DNA of 64,000 nt from Carcharhinus longimanus (lineage: Eukaryota): NCBI GenBank assembly GCA_030264375.1, contig JASCQW010000132.1:77766882-77830881 (forward strand). The letters are read 5' to 3'. The notes below the pieces were generated by a model that was not told the origin of the DNA, ran no database searches, and was given only the letters and a program-made list of their open reading frames with translations. Below, piece after piece: positions 24,905 through 38,384 of this stretch. Every line of letters begins with the position of its first letter. Within the stretch, counting starts at the first letter, position 1. The translations under genes were made by a program, and so were the position numbers.

Positions 24905-25112
24905 ACACGGTGGCACAGTGGTTAGCACTGCTGCCTCACAGGTTCTCTGGTTTCCCCCCATAGTCTGAAAGATATACTGACTGTTGAATTGGCCATGCTA
25001 AATTCTCTCTGTGTGTCCAAACAGGTGCTGGAGCGTGGTGACTGAGAGATTTTCACAGTGACTTCATTATAGTGTGAATGTAAGCCTACTTGTGACAGTA
25101 ATAAATAAATAT
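24905..25112 (+). mobile_element. tRNA-derived SINE (HE1-like head, alternative tail)
   Basis: 'cacggtggcacagtggttagcactgctgcctcacag' head; tail 'aatgtaagcctacttgtgacagtaataaataaat'. Confidence 0.85.
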
Positions 25113-25499
25113 TAAAATCAAGGATGCTCAAGAGGCCATGACTGGCAAAAGTCTGTGTCTTAGAAACCACTGTAACCCTCTAATTAAAAATTCTTCCTTT
25201 AACACAATGGATGTATCATCATACCCACCCTCCCTTACGGGTCTGGGAATCCAGAATCTTGATGCGAACACCATGGCTCAGTTAACAAGATCTGGGTAAT
25301 TGACTTGGTAAAGTGTCCCCTCACTTTGGCAGGGACCAGGGTGAGAAAATTTATCCCATGTTTCAGATTGATGAAGACACAGATGCAACAGGTTTTAGAC
25401 AAGTACAGAGACAGGGATAGATGGGGAAGGGGAGGAAGAAAAAGCAAAAGAGTTTCTGTTCAGGTAAAATGCAGAAGTGACCGAAGAGTCTTTACTAGC

Positions 25500-25790
25500 A
25501 CCCGCTGTCCAAAAAATTTGTCATGATTTGGAATTGTTGAACCTGATGTTGGATCCAGAAAATCGGTAAATATCAAACTGAAAGATGGGATAAAGTTACT
25601 CAAGCTTTGGCTAAGCTTCATCGGAACAATATTGGAGGTCCAGGGCAGAAAGGTCAGAGTGCAAGTTGGGTAGAGAATTAAAATGACATGCAACAGGAAG
25701 CTCATGCTTGCAGTCTAAATGGAGGTATTCAATAAAGGGATCCAATCAGCAATTAGTCTTCCCAGTGCAGAGAAGACTGCATTGGAGGAG
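25500..25790 (-). mobile_element. Old L2-like LINE RT remnant
   Basis: Weak traces such as 'aatacctccatttagactgc' and 'gctcatgcttgcagtc'. Confidence 0.3.
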
Positions 25791-25794
25791 ACAT

Positions 25795-26260
25795 CATTGT
25801 CCCACATCCTGCATCAGCATTGCTACTTTCATGTCTGTGGATAGTTGTGAACAAGTCACAATGGGGTCACAACCTGTTGAGCATGGCACAGAAGTGCCTG
25901 GGTAGATTATCAGAGGTATTGACAATTGAGGCCATTCATAGTTGGAGAATACTGGGAGGGCATGGTGATATTCAACTTCAAGTTGGAGATATGTTTCTGG
26001 AGCGGTCAGCAAGGTGGCAGATACTGGACCTGCAGGGTGGGCACATGAACTTTTGCGCAACCCTCAGAGACTATGCACACCCATGCACTTGTGAGGAAGG
26101 AGCCCGTTCAAGCCATGAGCATAGTCAAGTCACTGGCATGTGCATGAGTGGCTATCTCCACTTTGAGAATGAAGATCTTTTTTGGAGAATGACATACAAC
26201 AGACCACTCAATGGGTGTTTGAGATGTGCATGGACGTGCATTCCTCTGTCTTGTGTATGA
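25795..26260 (-). mobile_element. Possible Harbinger transposase N-terminal remnant
   Basis: Reverse strand resembles the LCHL..L / ALP region; decayed. Confidence 0.3.
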
Positions 26261-26287
26261 ACTCTGTAGTTCTGGGGTGGATGTAGT

Positions 26288-26572
26288 TGTTGCTAGGGGG
26301 CATAAGTATAAGGTTCATCATGAGAGATATAGGAGGGATGTCCGAGGTAGATTCTTTACTCAGAGAGTGGTTAGGATGTGGAATAGACTGCCTGCTATGA
26401 TAGTGGAGTCGGACACTTTAGGAACTTTCAAGCGGTTGTTGGATAGGCACATGGAGCACACCAGAATTATAGGGAGGGGATAGCTTGATCTTGGGATTGG
26501 ACATAGCTCGGCACAACATTGAGGGCCGAGGGGCCTGTACTGTACTGTGCTGTAATGTTCTATGGTCTATGT
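26288..26572 (+). mobile_element. CR1 LINE 3' end
   Basis: RGHKYKV..DVRGRFFTQRVVRMWNRLP; tail ttctatg. Confidence 0.9.
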
Positions 26573-26769
26573 AGATCTTTATAAAATCTCGGTGGAGCCA
26601 GTATCACTGTCTCTATCAGGTCTCGCCGTCCAAGAATGTCGGTGAAAACTACACACCTAGACTTTCTGTGAGTAGTCTGCCAGAGAATCTGGAGAGTCAA
26701 CTCAGCTGTTCATCTGGAGATCTGCACGCCAGTTTTTTTTTGTTTCAGCCAACACTCAGTGCACAGATT

Positions 26770-28580
26770 ACAAAATTCCCCCCAATGTCAGAGAGGAAAA
26801 CAAAGGTGCACAGAAAAATGGGAAACAGAGATGGCACATGACACGTAAGCAGTAAGGTATAAGGCTAAGAAGGAATATAATAAGGTTTCGCTGTGTATAA
26901 ATGTTAATGTATGGAATGTGGTAAATAAGGTTGGTGAACTGCAGGCACAGATAGACATGTTGGAATAAGATGTCATGATGATAACAAAGAACTGGCTCAA
27001 AAAAGTGCAGGATATTAAATATTCCTGAATACAAAGTACTCTGGGAAGAAAGGAGAGGAAGTTAGCGGTATTGATTAGAGAGAATATTATAGTGCTAGTG
27101 ACAGAATATGTCCTAGAGGAGTCAAGGACAGAATCTATTTGGTTAGACCTAGTGCAAAAGATACAGAAGAACAACAGAGAGGCATGAGAATTAGCAGTTA
27201 TAATGGGGGACTTTAATTATTAACAGCTTTATTTTAGGCTGGGATACTAATAATGTAAATGGCTGAGAGGCTGAAGAGTTTCTGGCATGTGTTCAGGAGA
27301 ATTTTTGACATCGGTATGTTTCCAGTCGAATGAGGAAAGAAGTACTGTTGGAACAAGTTCTGGGAAATTAGGTGGGACAAATGGATCAAGTGTCAGTAGG
27401 GGAATATTAGGAGGAAAGTGATTCTAGTATCATAAAGCTTAGCTTGGCAATGGAAAAGAACAGGAAAAATCACTGGTTAAAAATAATTAATTGGGGATGG
27501 GCCAACTTCAATGGGGTGAGAATGGATCTGGCCCATTCCAATTGGAATCAAATATTGTCAGGAAAAATAGTAACATAACAAAGGGGTGCATTTAAAGAGG
27601 AGATAGTTTGGGTATTGTCAAGGTACGTTCCTAGGAGTGGGAAGGTAAAGCAAACAAATCCAGAGCTCCCTAGATAACAAATAGAGTCAGACGAAGCTTC
27701 AAAATTTACCTTTGAAGCAAAATTTGGAAGTATTGTGAACTGTGAGGAGGACAATGATAAGCTTCAAGAGCACTTAGGCACGCAGGTGACAGATCAAAAT
27801 GAATGCAGACAAATGTGTAATGATCACTTTGGTAGGAAGAATGAGGAGAAACAATATAACTTAGCAGGGTGCAATTTGAAAAGGATGCAGGAACAAAGAG
27901 ACCGTGTAAATGTACGCAAATCATTGTAGATGACAGGACAGATTGATAAACTGTTTCTTAAAGTTTACTGGATCTTGCTCTTTATCAGTAGGGATGTGGA
28001 TTAAAAAGTAATAAGTTATGGCAAACCTGCCTATAACATAGGTTCTGCCTCAAGTGGAGTATTGCATCCTGTTCTGGGCGCCACACTTTAGGAAGGATGT
28101 GAAAGCATCAGGGAGTTTGCAGAAAAGATTCACAAGAATGTTTCCAGGGATGAGGAATATCAGTTACTTGGATAGATTGAAGCAGGGACCATTCTCCTTG
28201 GAGAAGAGAATATTAAGAGGAGGTTTATGGAGATGATTAAAATTATGAAGGGGATCTCAACAGAACATATAGAGAGAAACTGTTCTCACTGGCTGAAGAA
28301 TTGAGAACCAGAGGGCACCAATTTAAAGCGATTAGGAAAAGAGCCAAAGGCAATATGAAGAAAAATCTTTTTACACTGCAAGTGATTATTTGGTGTGCAC
28401 TGAGTGTGATGGAGATGTGGCTTACAAAAGGGAATTGGATGATCATTTGAAGGAAAAGAAAAGATAACTGGACTATGATTAAAAGACATGCGAGTGGAAC
28501 TAGCTGAGCTGCTGTTGCAGAGATCTGGCATGGCACAATGGACTGATTGGCCTCCTTTGTTGTAACTGTTCTATGATTAA
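26770..28580 (+). mobile_element. Degraded CR1 LINE ORF2 (endonuclease, then RT C-terminus and 3' UTR; internal deletion)
   Basis: NKVGELQAQID, MGDFNY, EYCILFWAPHFRKDV, RTRGHQFK; tail ttctatg. Confidence 0.85.
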
Positions 28581-28782
28581 ATATCAGGCTCTACTCATGA
28601 AATGTAGTAATCACATGTGATGCCAGCACAACAGCATCCCAGCTAGACCCTTGTGCTATGCTCAGTTAGTTGTCCTAAGTTGAATGACAAAAAGAGGACC
28701 TAAAGATTTGAAGGGTAAAGTTGGCCAGGAGCCCAGTCCTGTTTGCTGAAGAATGATCTGATTTGTGTGAAAACATTACATG

Positions 28783-29035
28783 AATCATAGAATAACTACC
28801 GTGCAGCCTATCAAATATGCACTGACTTTCCGAAAAAGCATCTTACCCAGGCCAATCTCCTGCACGTTCACCATGGCCAGTCCACCTGACCTATATTTAC
28901 TTTTGGGCTGTGGGGGGAAACCCAGTCAGGCATGAGAGAATGTGTTAACTCCATACAGAGAGTCACCCTAGACCAGAATTGAACCTGGTTCGCTGACACT
29001 GTGAGGCAGCAGTGCTAACCCATTGTGTCATCATG
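28783..29035 (-). mobile_element. HE1-like SINE
   Basis: 'ctgtgaggcagcagtgctaaccc' reverse head. Confidence 0.8.
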
Positions 29036-30657
29036 CTGCAGAGACATTTTAGCCAACATGGAATGGAATACATCACTATTTTTTCTACAGCACTGGAAGT
29101 GTCAGTTCCATTGAGTACAACATAAAAATGCAAAGCTCGATTTTTAATAATGACATCAAGTATCAAGTCAGGATGAGCACTGACGCCATGAAATGCTTGT
29201 ATGCTTGACCAAAGTACCTCCACGTCTTGACAGAGTTGTTGCTCAGCCCAGTAGCAAGTTTCACCTTAAGTAAAATAAAAATAGTAACAAATATTAGTCT
29301 AAATGTATATTAATTTTCTTGTATAAATTTACTTTTGTCTTACAGAGGCCTCATGAAATTTATATAACACGCGATGGGAAACTTAGAAGCAATGAAGCTG
29401 AGAAACCCTATTTTACATCATTCCCTGAATTGCTGAAATACAGGCTTAATACAACATTGCAGAAATGATTACTTCCAGCTCGTAAGCCCAGCAGCTTTGG
29501 AACAATGTTCCCATAAATGACTGACTTGAAGAAATCCAGTGAGGTGAACCTAAAGTACTACTGTGCATATCACACCTCTTCCAGAGGGAGGCATATGAGA
29601 AAGTCTGCCCTAACTCAAGATTAACCATGATAAAATTGGGTTGAAAATCACTTGTGAAAGGAAATATTGAAGGTGGAGGTTTTCCCAAGGTTGTGCCTAA
29701 TATTTGTACACGAAACCCTCGAGGAGGATGAAGGAGTGTCTCGTTCCCATAACAAAACTGGAGCAAAGGATACTTAGCAATCTGTGGGGATACTTCCTTC
29801 TGGGAAACTTATAGTGAGTATGTGCACATGCCAAATTCTGTAGGTAAATACAATTTTTAGATTGTGTTCATGTAAGAAATAGTTACATCAACTGGATGGT
29901 ATAATGTATGTTCTCCACACTTGTACAGCAGCTTAATGTGAAGACTCCACGTTTTCACAATATTTCTGCAGCCACTTGAAATTGCCTTGCCAGAATTTGG
30001 GTGGGAGAGCATGGGGGAAGAAATGGCTGTGAAGTTGAAAGTTTCCCCGAGTTAATGGGGTTGTATCATAAGTTTACAACATGTGGAGTTATCTAATAAA
30101 ACTTGAATAGTCTCACAAGGGAATGCCTAACAATAAAAATAGTGTTTGACTTATGTAATACAGCACATAAAAAATTTGTTTTATTCTGCTTTCCTGGGAA
30201 TAAGGGAAGAGTCAAACCATAGCCAGCGTCTTGAAGGATGCATGATTAACTGCTTTCAACATCACACACATCTCCTCCGCCAAGCACCAATACAGCTGCA
30301 CGCATCTCAGAGGATGCAGAAAGTGAGGTTGGCACAATATTTGGGATTCTGTGCTAGATATTCTCTTGCAGGTAGTTTATGATCACTTGTCTTAAAGAAT
30401 TTCTTGTCTCCTACGTGTATTCTCCTTTTTACAACAGGTGGACTGAGAAGCACTCTGTTAAGAGGAGGAAAGAAAACCTCAACACAGCAGTTTGAAACGT
30501 CAATGGTTTCAAACTGCTGCCTAAAAATTAAAGAAATCATTTACATTGAAAATTGCAGGAATGCCAAAGTTTTAACAATGAAATCCAGAAAGCCCAGAAA
30601 AATACAAATTGTTCCAAAGGTACACAAGTTAAGCCACAGTTTAAGAGTGAACATGTC

Positions 30658-31572
30658 ATGGGCGATTCTCCCAAGAAAATTCTAAGTGTTGAATTTGCAT
30701 AAAAACTGCAGTCAATCACGCTGATTTTTTCAGCAGGGGTTTCAAAATGAACCTCCCACACTCTGCACTGCTGAGTGCACTAGTGTATATCATGGTAAAA
30801 ATCATGGGGCAGGGCTTATACCTGCTGGAGAGGCCGGTAACAAAACGGTGAGCGGGCCACTGTGCGTGCGCCCATCTGTTAGTGCCGAGATCAGCACATG
30901 TGCAGTGGCCCTGCACTGCTGGCCTCTTGATTGCTGGGCAGCCCTGCAATGCCAGCCATGCGGCTCCCATGGCCCCCCAAAACATGCCTGGGTCAGCCTC
31001 CATTCAACCCCATTCCTGGCTCATCTTGATGTTCCCCTCGTCCTTGGTAGCCCTGACCCACCCCCTAGCAGGCTGACCCAATGACTGGCCACCCTCCCTC
31101 TGTCACTCAGCCCAAATGCAGGCTGGCAGCAGGACACCCCCATCCCCATCGATTGCCCTGCCCCCTTGGCACTGTCCTATGCTCAGTGGGCAGTGCCAAG
31201 ATGCCACCTGGGCATTGCACTTGGGCGGTGCCAGGAGCACAGGCTGGCACTACCAAGGTGATAATGTCCAAGAGGCATTCCCCCAGTGCCCGATCCTTTG
31301 CAGGACCTCAATCCAGCAAGGTTGGGCCACCATTTCCCCGCAAGTGGAGAGCTATTTCAGTCCTGGGCCCACTAATAAGATTCAAATGGTATGTAAATTT
31401 ACACATGCCTGAACTATTGTAGCTCCATGCCAATTTCTGAAACTGAGCTGATGGCGCCTGAAATCCAACTACTGGGAACATGCCAAGGTTGTGACACCCA
31501 GTAAGAAGCTCACGAAACGGCCTCCACCAGTATCTCCCAGACTGCTGCGCTGCTAGGATCATTGCCCCCATC
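30658..31572. mobile_element. Non-autonomous Harbinger-like MITE
   Basis: Begins 'gggcgattctccc'; internal 'atcatggggcag' with 'attgccccca' at the far end; ggcagtgcc arrays at 31165-31260. Confidence 0.6.
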
Positions 31573-32364
31573 ATTTTTACTGTTCAGGTCTAGACATCTG
31601 TTGACTTCTCCTCAAGATGTTATTTCAAGCTGCTAGGCATTCAGATTTTAGAGGACGTAATACCAAGTAAGATTATCTACGTTTCATTTGTCTGTTGAAG
31701 GAAGGTCATGGGTGCTTTGTAGAGGGTTTTTTCGTTGAAGTGTAACAAACTCAATTTATGTCTAACACCACTAGCTTCCTTAATCCATATGATGACAAAT
31801 GTATTTTGTCAAAGAGATGATAAATTATATAGGGAGCTCTTGGGGATAACTCAGAGTTTTTGTGATGAACTTCAATCAATGTTGAATCCATAATGCAGTT
31901 AAAAATCTCACAAACCCAGTTTAAACATTTCCCAATATATGTTATATATTTCCCAATATATGCTATATTCTGTTAGTAAATTTATGCAAAAGTTGTTGAG
32001 AAATCTGTATCGATACAATGGTAAAATTGAAAAAAAACATTATGGGTAATTGGATTGGGTTTGACTATGAATTTCTTATGATCTAAAAATAAATAGAAGT
32101 TGGGAGCTCAGCCAAGTTTTCACTTGTACTGTTGACTGTCACAACTATTTTATTGCCTGAAATGTGGTTTCAGGTTTGATGGATTTGTGTCATTCTAAGT
32201 TGAACCTAATGGACTATTTGAATCAAGATTGGTTCACTTACCCTGAGTACATTCTAAATTGAGTGGTAGATGTTATTTATCAAAATTCACTAATCATTGA
32301 CAATACCCTTGTGCTGAATCATTTCTTACAACATTGTCAATTAAAGAACACTTCAACATGTAAA

Positions 32365-32720
32365 GGATTTTTTTAAATCCTTGTGATATGGACATCGATG
32401 GCACGTGTGGCATTTATTACCCATTCCCTACTTCCCTGAGACGATGCTGGTGGTTGAATTGACTGGCTCTGGGAAGTTAAATGTTGAACAATTTGTCTTG
32501 GGATTGGAGCTATATGTCAGGTAGTCCAGGTAAGGATGGCTGGTTTCCTTTCTTAAAAGGACATTAATGAACCAGCTGCGTTTTTAAACTTTGTGGTCAT
32601 TTTTTTGGCAGATTACATATTTTAAGAAGTAGTTCTAGGTCTTTTAAAACTGAATTCAAATTCTCTAACTGCTGTTGTGAGATTATTGGCCTAAGCCTCT
32701 CAATGACTGATCTAGCAATG
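32365..32720 (-). mobile_element. SINE with L2-like tail
   Basis: 'gcatttattacccattcccta', 'ggtttcctttcttaaaaggacattaatgaaccag'; same family as 45750-46095. Confidence 0.65.
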
Positions 32721-32721
32721 T

Positions 32722-33225
32722 AGGGGGTGACTCTGCCAAAAGGCTGAATTGGTAAGAAAACTGGTCTAGATCATGACTGTCTTTTCAGTGCAACTTCAGA
32801 CCTGAATCTCCCCACTGTGCGCAATGCAGAGATCACAATCATAAATATCATTAAAGTCCTGGGGCTGGGGAGCTATTTGCACCAGAGGCAGACAGCTCTG
32901 GAACTCTGCACATGCGCAGTGGCCCCAATCTGTCACTCTCTCCATTTGCTGACCAGCTTAATTGCTGGGAGCCTGGGACCTCCACAGGACTGCCCTTCTA
33001 CCCCCATGCGGCCCAATAGCAGCCCCAATGGCAATTCCCTGGGAGAATCGCCCCCATAATGCCTAAGCTACCAAATACGTGAACGGGATCATTATGGCTG
33101 GAATTCTCTGTAAAGGTCCCCCAGTGCCAGTGGGAACGGAGAATTTGGCAGCCATCCAAATCTCCATTCACTGAAGCGGGACCGGAAAATCCCAGCCAAG
33201 GGCGAGGTCAAAAATTCCAGTCCTT
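32722..33225. mobile_element. MITE fragments
   Basis: 'gggagaatcgcccc' TIR-like end; short unit 'tggctggaattctc...aaaattccagtcc' at 33095-33223. Confidence 0.5.
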
Positions 33226-34669
33226 CTCTCTGAATGGTGTTTGACTACTTATATATGGTTAAGAGAATGGTTAAACACAGACAATCAAGTGGAAAATATA
33301 AAGCAATGGGAGAAGGAGAGATAAAGGTAAAAGCATCAACTGCTCCAGAGTTCAGATAAATAGGGTCAGCATGCTATCCTCATTTTCCATCTATTGAACC
33401 TAATAACAATAACCTGAGGAATATCATTTCTTTGCTCCTTTCAACACTGCCCTCTAGACATTAATTGAACGCTCCAGGGAAAATCAAAATGGGTAATTGC
33501 TTTCCCCAAAGGTGATTACTTCAGTGGAACTGAATGTCACCTACTTCAGTCTGTGATCAACTCCAGCCTGGCTACAAAATAATCAGTGATAAGTAACCCA
33601 CCATGTCTCAGCCACATGACATGATACTGATTGAAAACTGATTTACCCATGTTTATTATAATTCTAAACATGTGAGAATTTCCATTAAGTTTTCTATGAA
33701 GAAGGATGTAGTACAATCGACCTCAATTTTAGAAGTTATGTAGTCTTGTACTAATTAGTCAGTGTGGAATCCCAATGTTTCTCTAAAGTGTAGTTTGATG
33801 TCAAAGATAGTTATTTTAAAAATGTTGCATGTTTTGTTGATTAGCAGAATATAATTATACAACAAGGTTTAAATGAAGTAGAGTGGGAGGAGGCTTATGT
33901 GGAGCGTAAATATTGACATAGACCAGAAAGGCGAAATGGCATGTTTCTTTGCTGTAAATTATATATAATTAGCATCGTAATTTTATTCAATCAGGTGCAG
34001 ACTTATTTTCCTATTAATGTTTTCCTTCCTTCCTTTTGCTAAATGTATTGACTCATTTCTAGGATAAAGTTCTATGGATATTGGTTCCTTACAGGAATAT
34101 CATTCAAGTGCTATTGGTGATATGATATTTGACATTGAATGTCTATGGTTTTTCATCACAAAACGCTTTCTTATCCCTATTCAACTTACTTACAAGTGCT
34201 TTCATCATTGATTAGGAATGGTCTTTTCTTGTGGCATTTTGAACCCCACCCTCAAATATGGACCAGGACATGGTTGTACCCAATTAAGGATGGGGTGCAG
34301 GCATTCAAACCTGGAGGGTTAAGCTGGATGTCATGGCAGGTGAGAGCGGGAGAGGGAGTTCAAAATGGGGGCACCTTTTCTCCAACTTTTTAAACTTTAA
34401 ATAGAAAAATAACTTTTGCATCCAGGCCACCATTGTATGTCACCATTTTGATGGGCCTCTACAGAATGGCCTGCAGCCGCGACTGCATCCGGGCATGCCG
34501 GGAGAGCTTCCAGTTTTGTCTGAAGAGTTGTTCTCCAATCAGACCCCACCTCCCTGCGTAACACCCCCTAGTCTGCCACTGCACGGTCATCTTTAGGCTC
34601 CTGGTCACAATGGCCCCTGGTGCCTGTAGCAACCTGGAAGCTGACTGCAAAGTCCCAGTGGCTTCCTTT

Positions 34670-34860
34670 AGTTGGCTTTAAATGGATGTTTTTTGGGCTG
34701 GAGGAAGGATTGTGGTGGAATGCCCCAGGGGCCAGGATTTGGACCCTTGCTATATATTAATGACTTTGGTGGATGGGACACAATTTCAAAGTTTGCAGAT
34801 GACACAAAACTTGGAAGCATTGTGAACTCTGAAGTGGACATGACAAATTGGTGAAGTTAT
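34670..34860 (+). mobile_element. CR1 RT fragment
   Basis: GMPQGPGFGPLLYINDF..ISKFADDTKLG. Confidence 0.85.
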
Positions 34861-34879
34861 GGAGAAGAAACGTTATTAA

Positions 34880-35795
34880 CTCTGGGCTAAGTCTTACCAA
34901 AAAATGAGAGTGTTGTTTCTGGTGAGAAAACCAGCATGTTTATCTGCAGAAATTGGTCGGTTTTCCATTCAGATTTTATGACATTCTTCCAAAACAAGTC
35001 AAAAGTGTGTGTTTCATACTGTCATACAGGGAGATGGAGCCTAAAAATGCTGGCAAAACCTGGCTGCACAGAGATTGGGGTGCCATCTTTAAAGAATGTT
35101 CCAATCATAACCTGTGTAAACCTCCACCCCACCACCCCCCTCCCCCCAGGCCACCACAGAGGACTCTGGGGCTCCCCTCACTGCCCTGGAATGGAGTCAG
35201 CCCATTCCTCCCCCAGTCATCAGCCTGTATTCTTCCTCCCCGTGATCATCAGCTTCTTCTCTGCCGTGCCTCCCTCCACCTCCCATAAACACAGTCTAGC
35301 CAGTGGTCAGGGGTGAAGGAAGCATAAAGTGGGGTCATGAAAGGGGGACTTGTGGGGGAGTCATGAAGATGGACATGCGGGGGTCATAAAGGGGGGCTTG
35401 CAGGGAGTCAAGGGGGACCCACTGGGAGGGCCCTAACTATACTTCCAAACACCAGGGGCTTTAGTGGCCTCCAAGCCCCCACCCCCAGCATGCCCATTAT
35501 GCCTCGTCTCCAATTTTGGAGACCAGTAGTGAATCTTGCCTGGTTCCTGTTTCGCCTGCTGGAAGATCCAGCCTTGAACGGACTCAGCATATTTAAATGC
35601 TCATTTAAATCTGCGGATCTGTTTCCCACCCTTACTGAGTGGGAACCAGATTATGTTGGGAGTGGTGGGTGGGAAGATACCAATGAGGTTTCATGTTGGT
35701 GCAGAATGCACTAAACAACTCACCTGCGATTCTCCAGCTCCGTTCCGCTCTAATGCATTCTGCACCAGGCATGACATAGCCAGAAAATCGTGGCT
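34880..35795. mobile_element. Harbinger-like MITE
   Basis: Same family motifs ('gcatatttaaatg', repeated 'gggtcatgaa' G-rich tract) as 54095-55293. Confidence 0.5.
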
Positions 35796-35879
35796 AAACT
35801 CTCCTTATAACGTCAGTCCTGCCATCCTGGAAATCAATCTGGTAAATTGCAGTCCGAGGAATCAATATGGCAATTACTG

Positions 35880-36210
35880 ATTTATTCACGATCATGAGGA
35901 ATTTGGATAGATTAGCTAGGGAGAAATTGTTCCTACTTGTGTGAGAATGAGAGGGCATAGCTTTAAAGTAATTAGCAAAAGAAGCAAAAGTGTTGTATGA
36001 ATGCTTTCATGCAGCAGATGGTTAAGGTGTGGAATATGGTGCATAACACTGGCGTGTAAGCATCTTCAACTGAAATATTTGAAAAGGAATCAGATATTAT
36101 CTGAAAAGGAAATGGAGAGAAGGCAGGGGAATGACATTTTGGAGAACTGGAGCAGACACGATGAGCCAAATGGTTTCCTTCTGCCCTGTAACAAATCTGA
36201 GATTCTGTGA
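35880..36210 (+). mobile_element. CR1 LINE 3' end
   Basis: 'gagagggcatagctttaa', 'gatggttaaggtgtggaat'; gattctg tail. Confidence 0.7.
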
Positions 36211-38167
36211 TCTCTTGTTGAGACTGGCTCGTATAATGCCAGTAGAATATGAATTATGCATTATCGTGTATTAGAAAGGATTTATATTTTTCACTCCCTG
36301 AGCTTGACAGTTCCTTATTGATCTATTATTTTAATAAATATAAAGAAATTAATAATGTTATCTAAAAGGATATTTAAAGGAATTTGCATGACTAACAGAA
36401 TTTAACAAAATAGGTAACCAAAGTGGAAATGCTTGTTATAATTTAACAAAAATTTGTGAAATAGATGATAAATAGGCTAAAGAAATGTAGACAAAGGGTG
36501 TTTTTATGAACGACTGTTTTCCAAAGCAGTCCAGTCAAGATTCAGATGCTCAGGATTTGATAATAAGATCCCATGTATTTCTTAATGATCTGGAACAAGT
36601 CATGAATAGTATGGCAACTAAATTTGCAGATAATACTAAATTGATCCTACTAAAAGAATTAGGACCATAGTTTTTACCTGGTTCAAGATAGTAGGAGACA
36701 ACAAGTAAAAATATACCCCTCCTGATTAAAATAGCAAGATCTATGTGATAAGTTTTTGATAGGGATTATTATAGGTCTTGAAGCAATATCAGCTTATGTC
36801 TATTTATCTGATGATTCTATGATTGTATGAAAATATACACAAAAAAAACACCTGGGAGATGCAAGAGTGCAGAACCTATTCCACTTTTTCCTGATCACCT
36901 TGCTTCCCAATCACCCCGCTTCCCAATCACCCCATTCCCAATAATTTTCTCCCAGTTGGCCCCCAAATCACTTTCCTTTCCCATTTGGACAGTTAGCTGA
37001 GTCTACTGCCAGCAAAGTTGGAGGTGAAAATTCCAAGCCTAGTGTTTGGCAGGTTGTCTGAGCACCCTGTTAGTATTTGTAGCTTGCTAATTCAGGGCTC
37101 AACATCTTGCATACCATAGCCCTATCCATTCATGTCCAGAGATCAGCCCCTGCATCAGTGCAAATTGAAGTCTACATTGGGCAGTTTGTCTTTTCTATAT
37201 CAGTATTTCAGATTTGAAAATGGCACTTTATAAAAATCACTGTGAATTAAGTCAGATAATAGTTGAAAATCTGTAGCTGATTCTACCATCTGTATCCCAT
37301 CAAATGTGACTCTGCTTTGAAAATTGTATCAACGCAATATTTGTGCACCCACTGAGCCAGGTGAATGGTGCTGGATGTGAGGAATCCATACACTAATAAT
37401 GGATCCTCATTGTGCCTCAGAGCACACAAAGTGTTCCTGAGCCATCTATACAGCATAAGCACAGCCGGTAATGTAGGCAAATGCAATCTACATATATAAA
37501 TTCAAAGACTTCTTTGCATTAAAAGTATCTAATTTGTCTTCGACAATACTGAAATGTAATAATTCAATGCTTAGGAATTGAATTATGAGATTACAAGAAT
37601 TAAGGAGCTTTGAACGAAGAGGCATGGACTATACTTGGCATGCACTTTACTAACATGTTGCTCAAAGATGAGACTTCAGAGGTTGTGCATTGGAAACTTC
37701 ATCAACAAAGGTGAGTTATGGTGAATGTGGTAATGTAGCTTCATCAACTTGCCTTTGACCCCTGCCTTGAGGTAATTTAATTGCTTCAATTCTCTTTTCA
37801 CTTGTGAATAGGAACCAAATATATTGGCTGTGACTCAGTTATTTAGAAGATAAGCTAATTTTGTTCTTTGATGACAGATCCTAGTTTTTCCTCTTTATTT
37901 GTTCACACTTTAACATCATTTCTAGTTCTGAATCTGAAAGTTGAGCATTTTGCCTTTTGTGTCTTCACTGACAGTGATGTCAATATTTTTGTTGCAGGCA
38001 GACATTTGTCTGCTTTGTAATCTGATAACTGCCTTTCCCTCTTATTCTGTAACTTATAACAAATATATAGCATATATTAAAGGTTAATTGTCATCTATTT
38101 ACAAATCACACATCCTTTGCTCATGCACTTGGGTTTTGTAGTCCTATCAAAGAAAAAGCATCCAAGT

Positions 38168-38375
38168 AGGTAAGGTAAAATTGCCATAGTCCCAGTTGAT
38201 CATAGGCTGACTGGTGGTGATTTAACTTGAGGATCACCACACGTCAGGTGAGGGGCAAGGTTGAGAAGGCGGGACCTTCATGAATAACTTCAGTTGACAC
38301 AAACATTGAACCTGGGCTGTTGGCATTGCTCTGCATCATAAACCAGCCATCCAGCCAACTGAGCTAACAGACCCC
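38168..38375 (-). mobile_element. tRNA-derived SINE (second family)
   Basis: Reverse head 'ggtctgttagctcagttggctggatggctggtttatgatgcagag..cccaggttcaat' (A and B boxes); a related copy lies at 55720-55862. Confidence 0.8.
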
Positions 38376-38384
38376 AAACCCCAA

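Noticed and set aside
36900-36945. Short tandem repeat (gcttcccaatcacccc x2-3); also 31928-31968 and 61070-61092
   Set aside because: Ordinary slippage duplications with no spacer-repeat (CRISPR-like) architecture.
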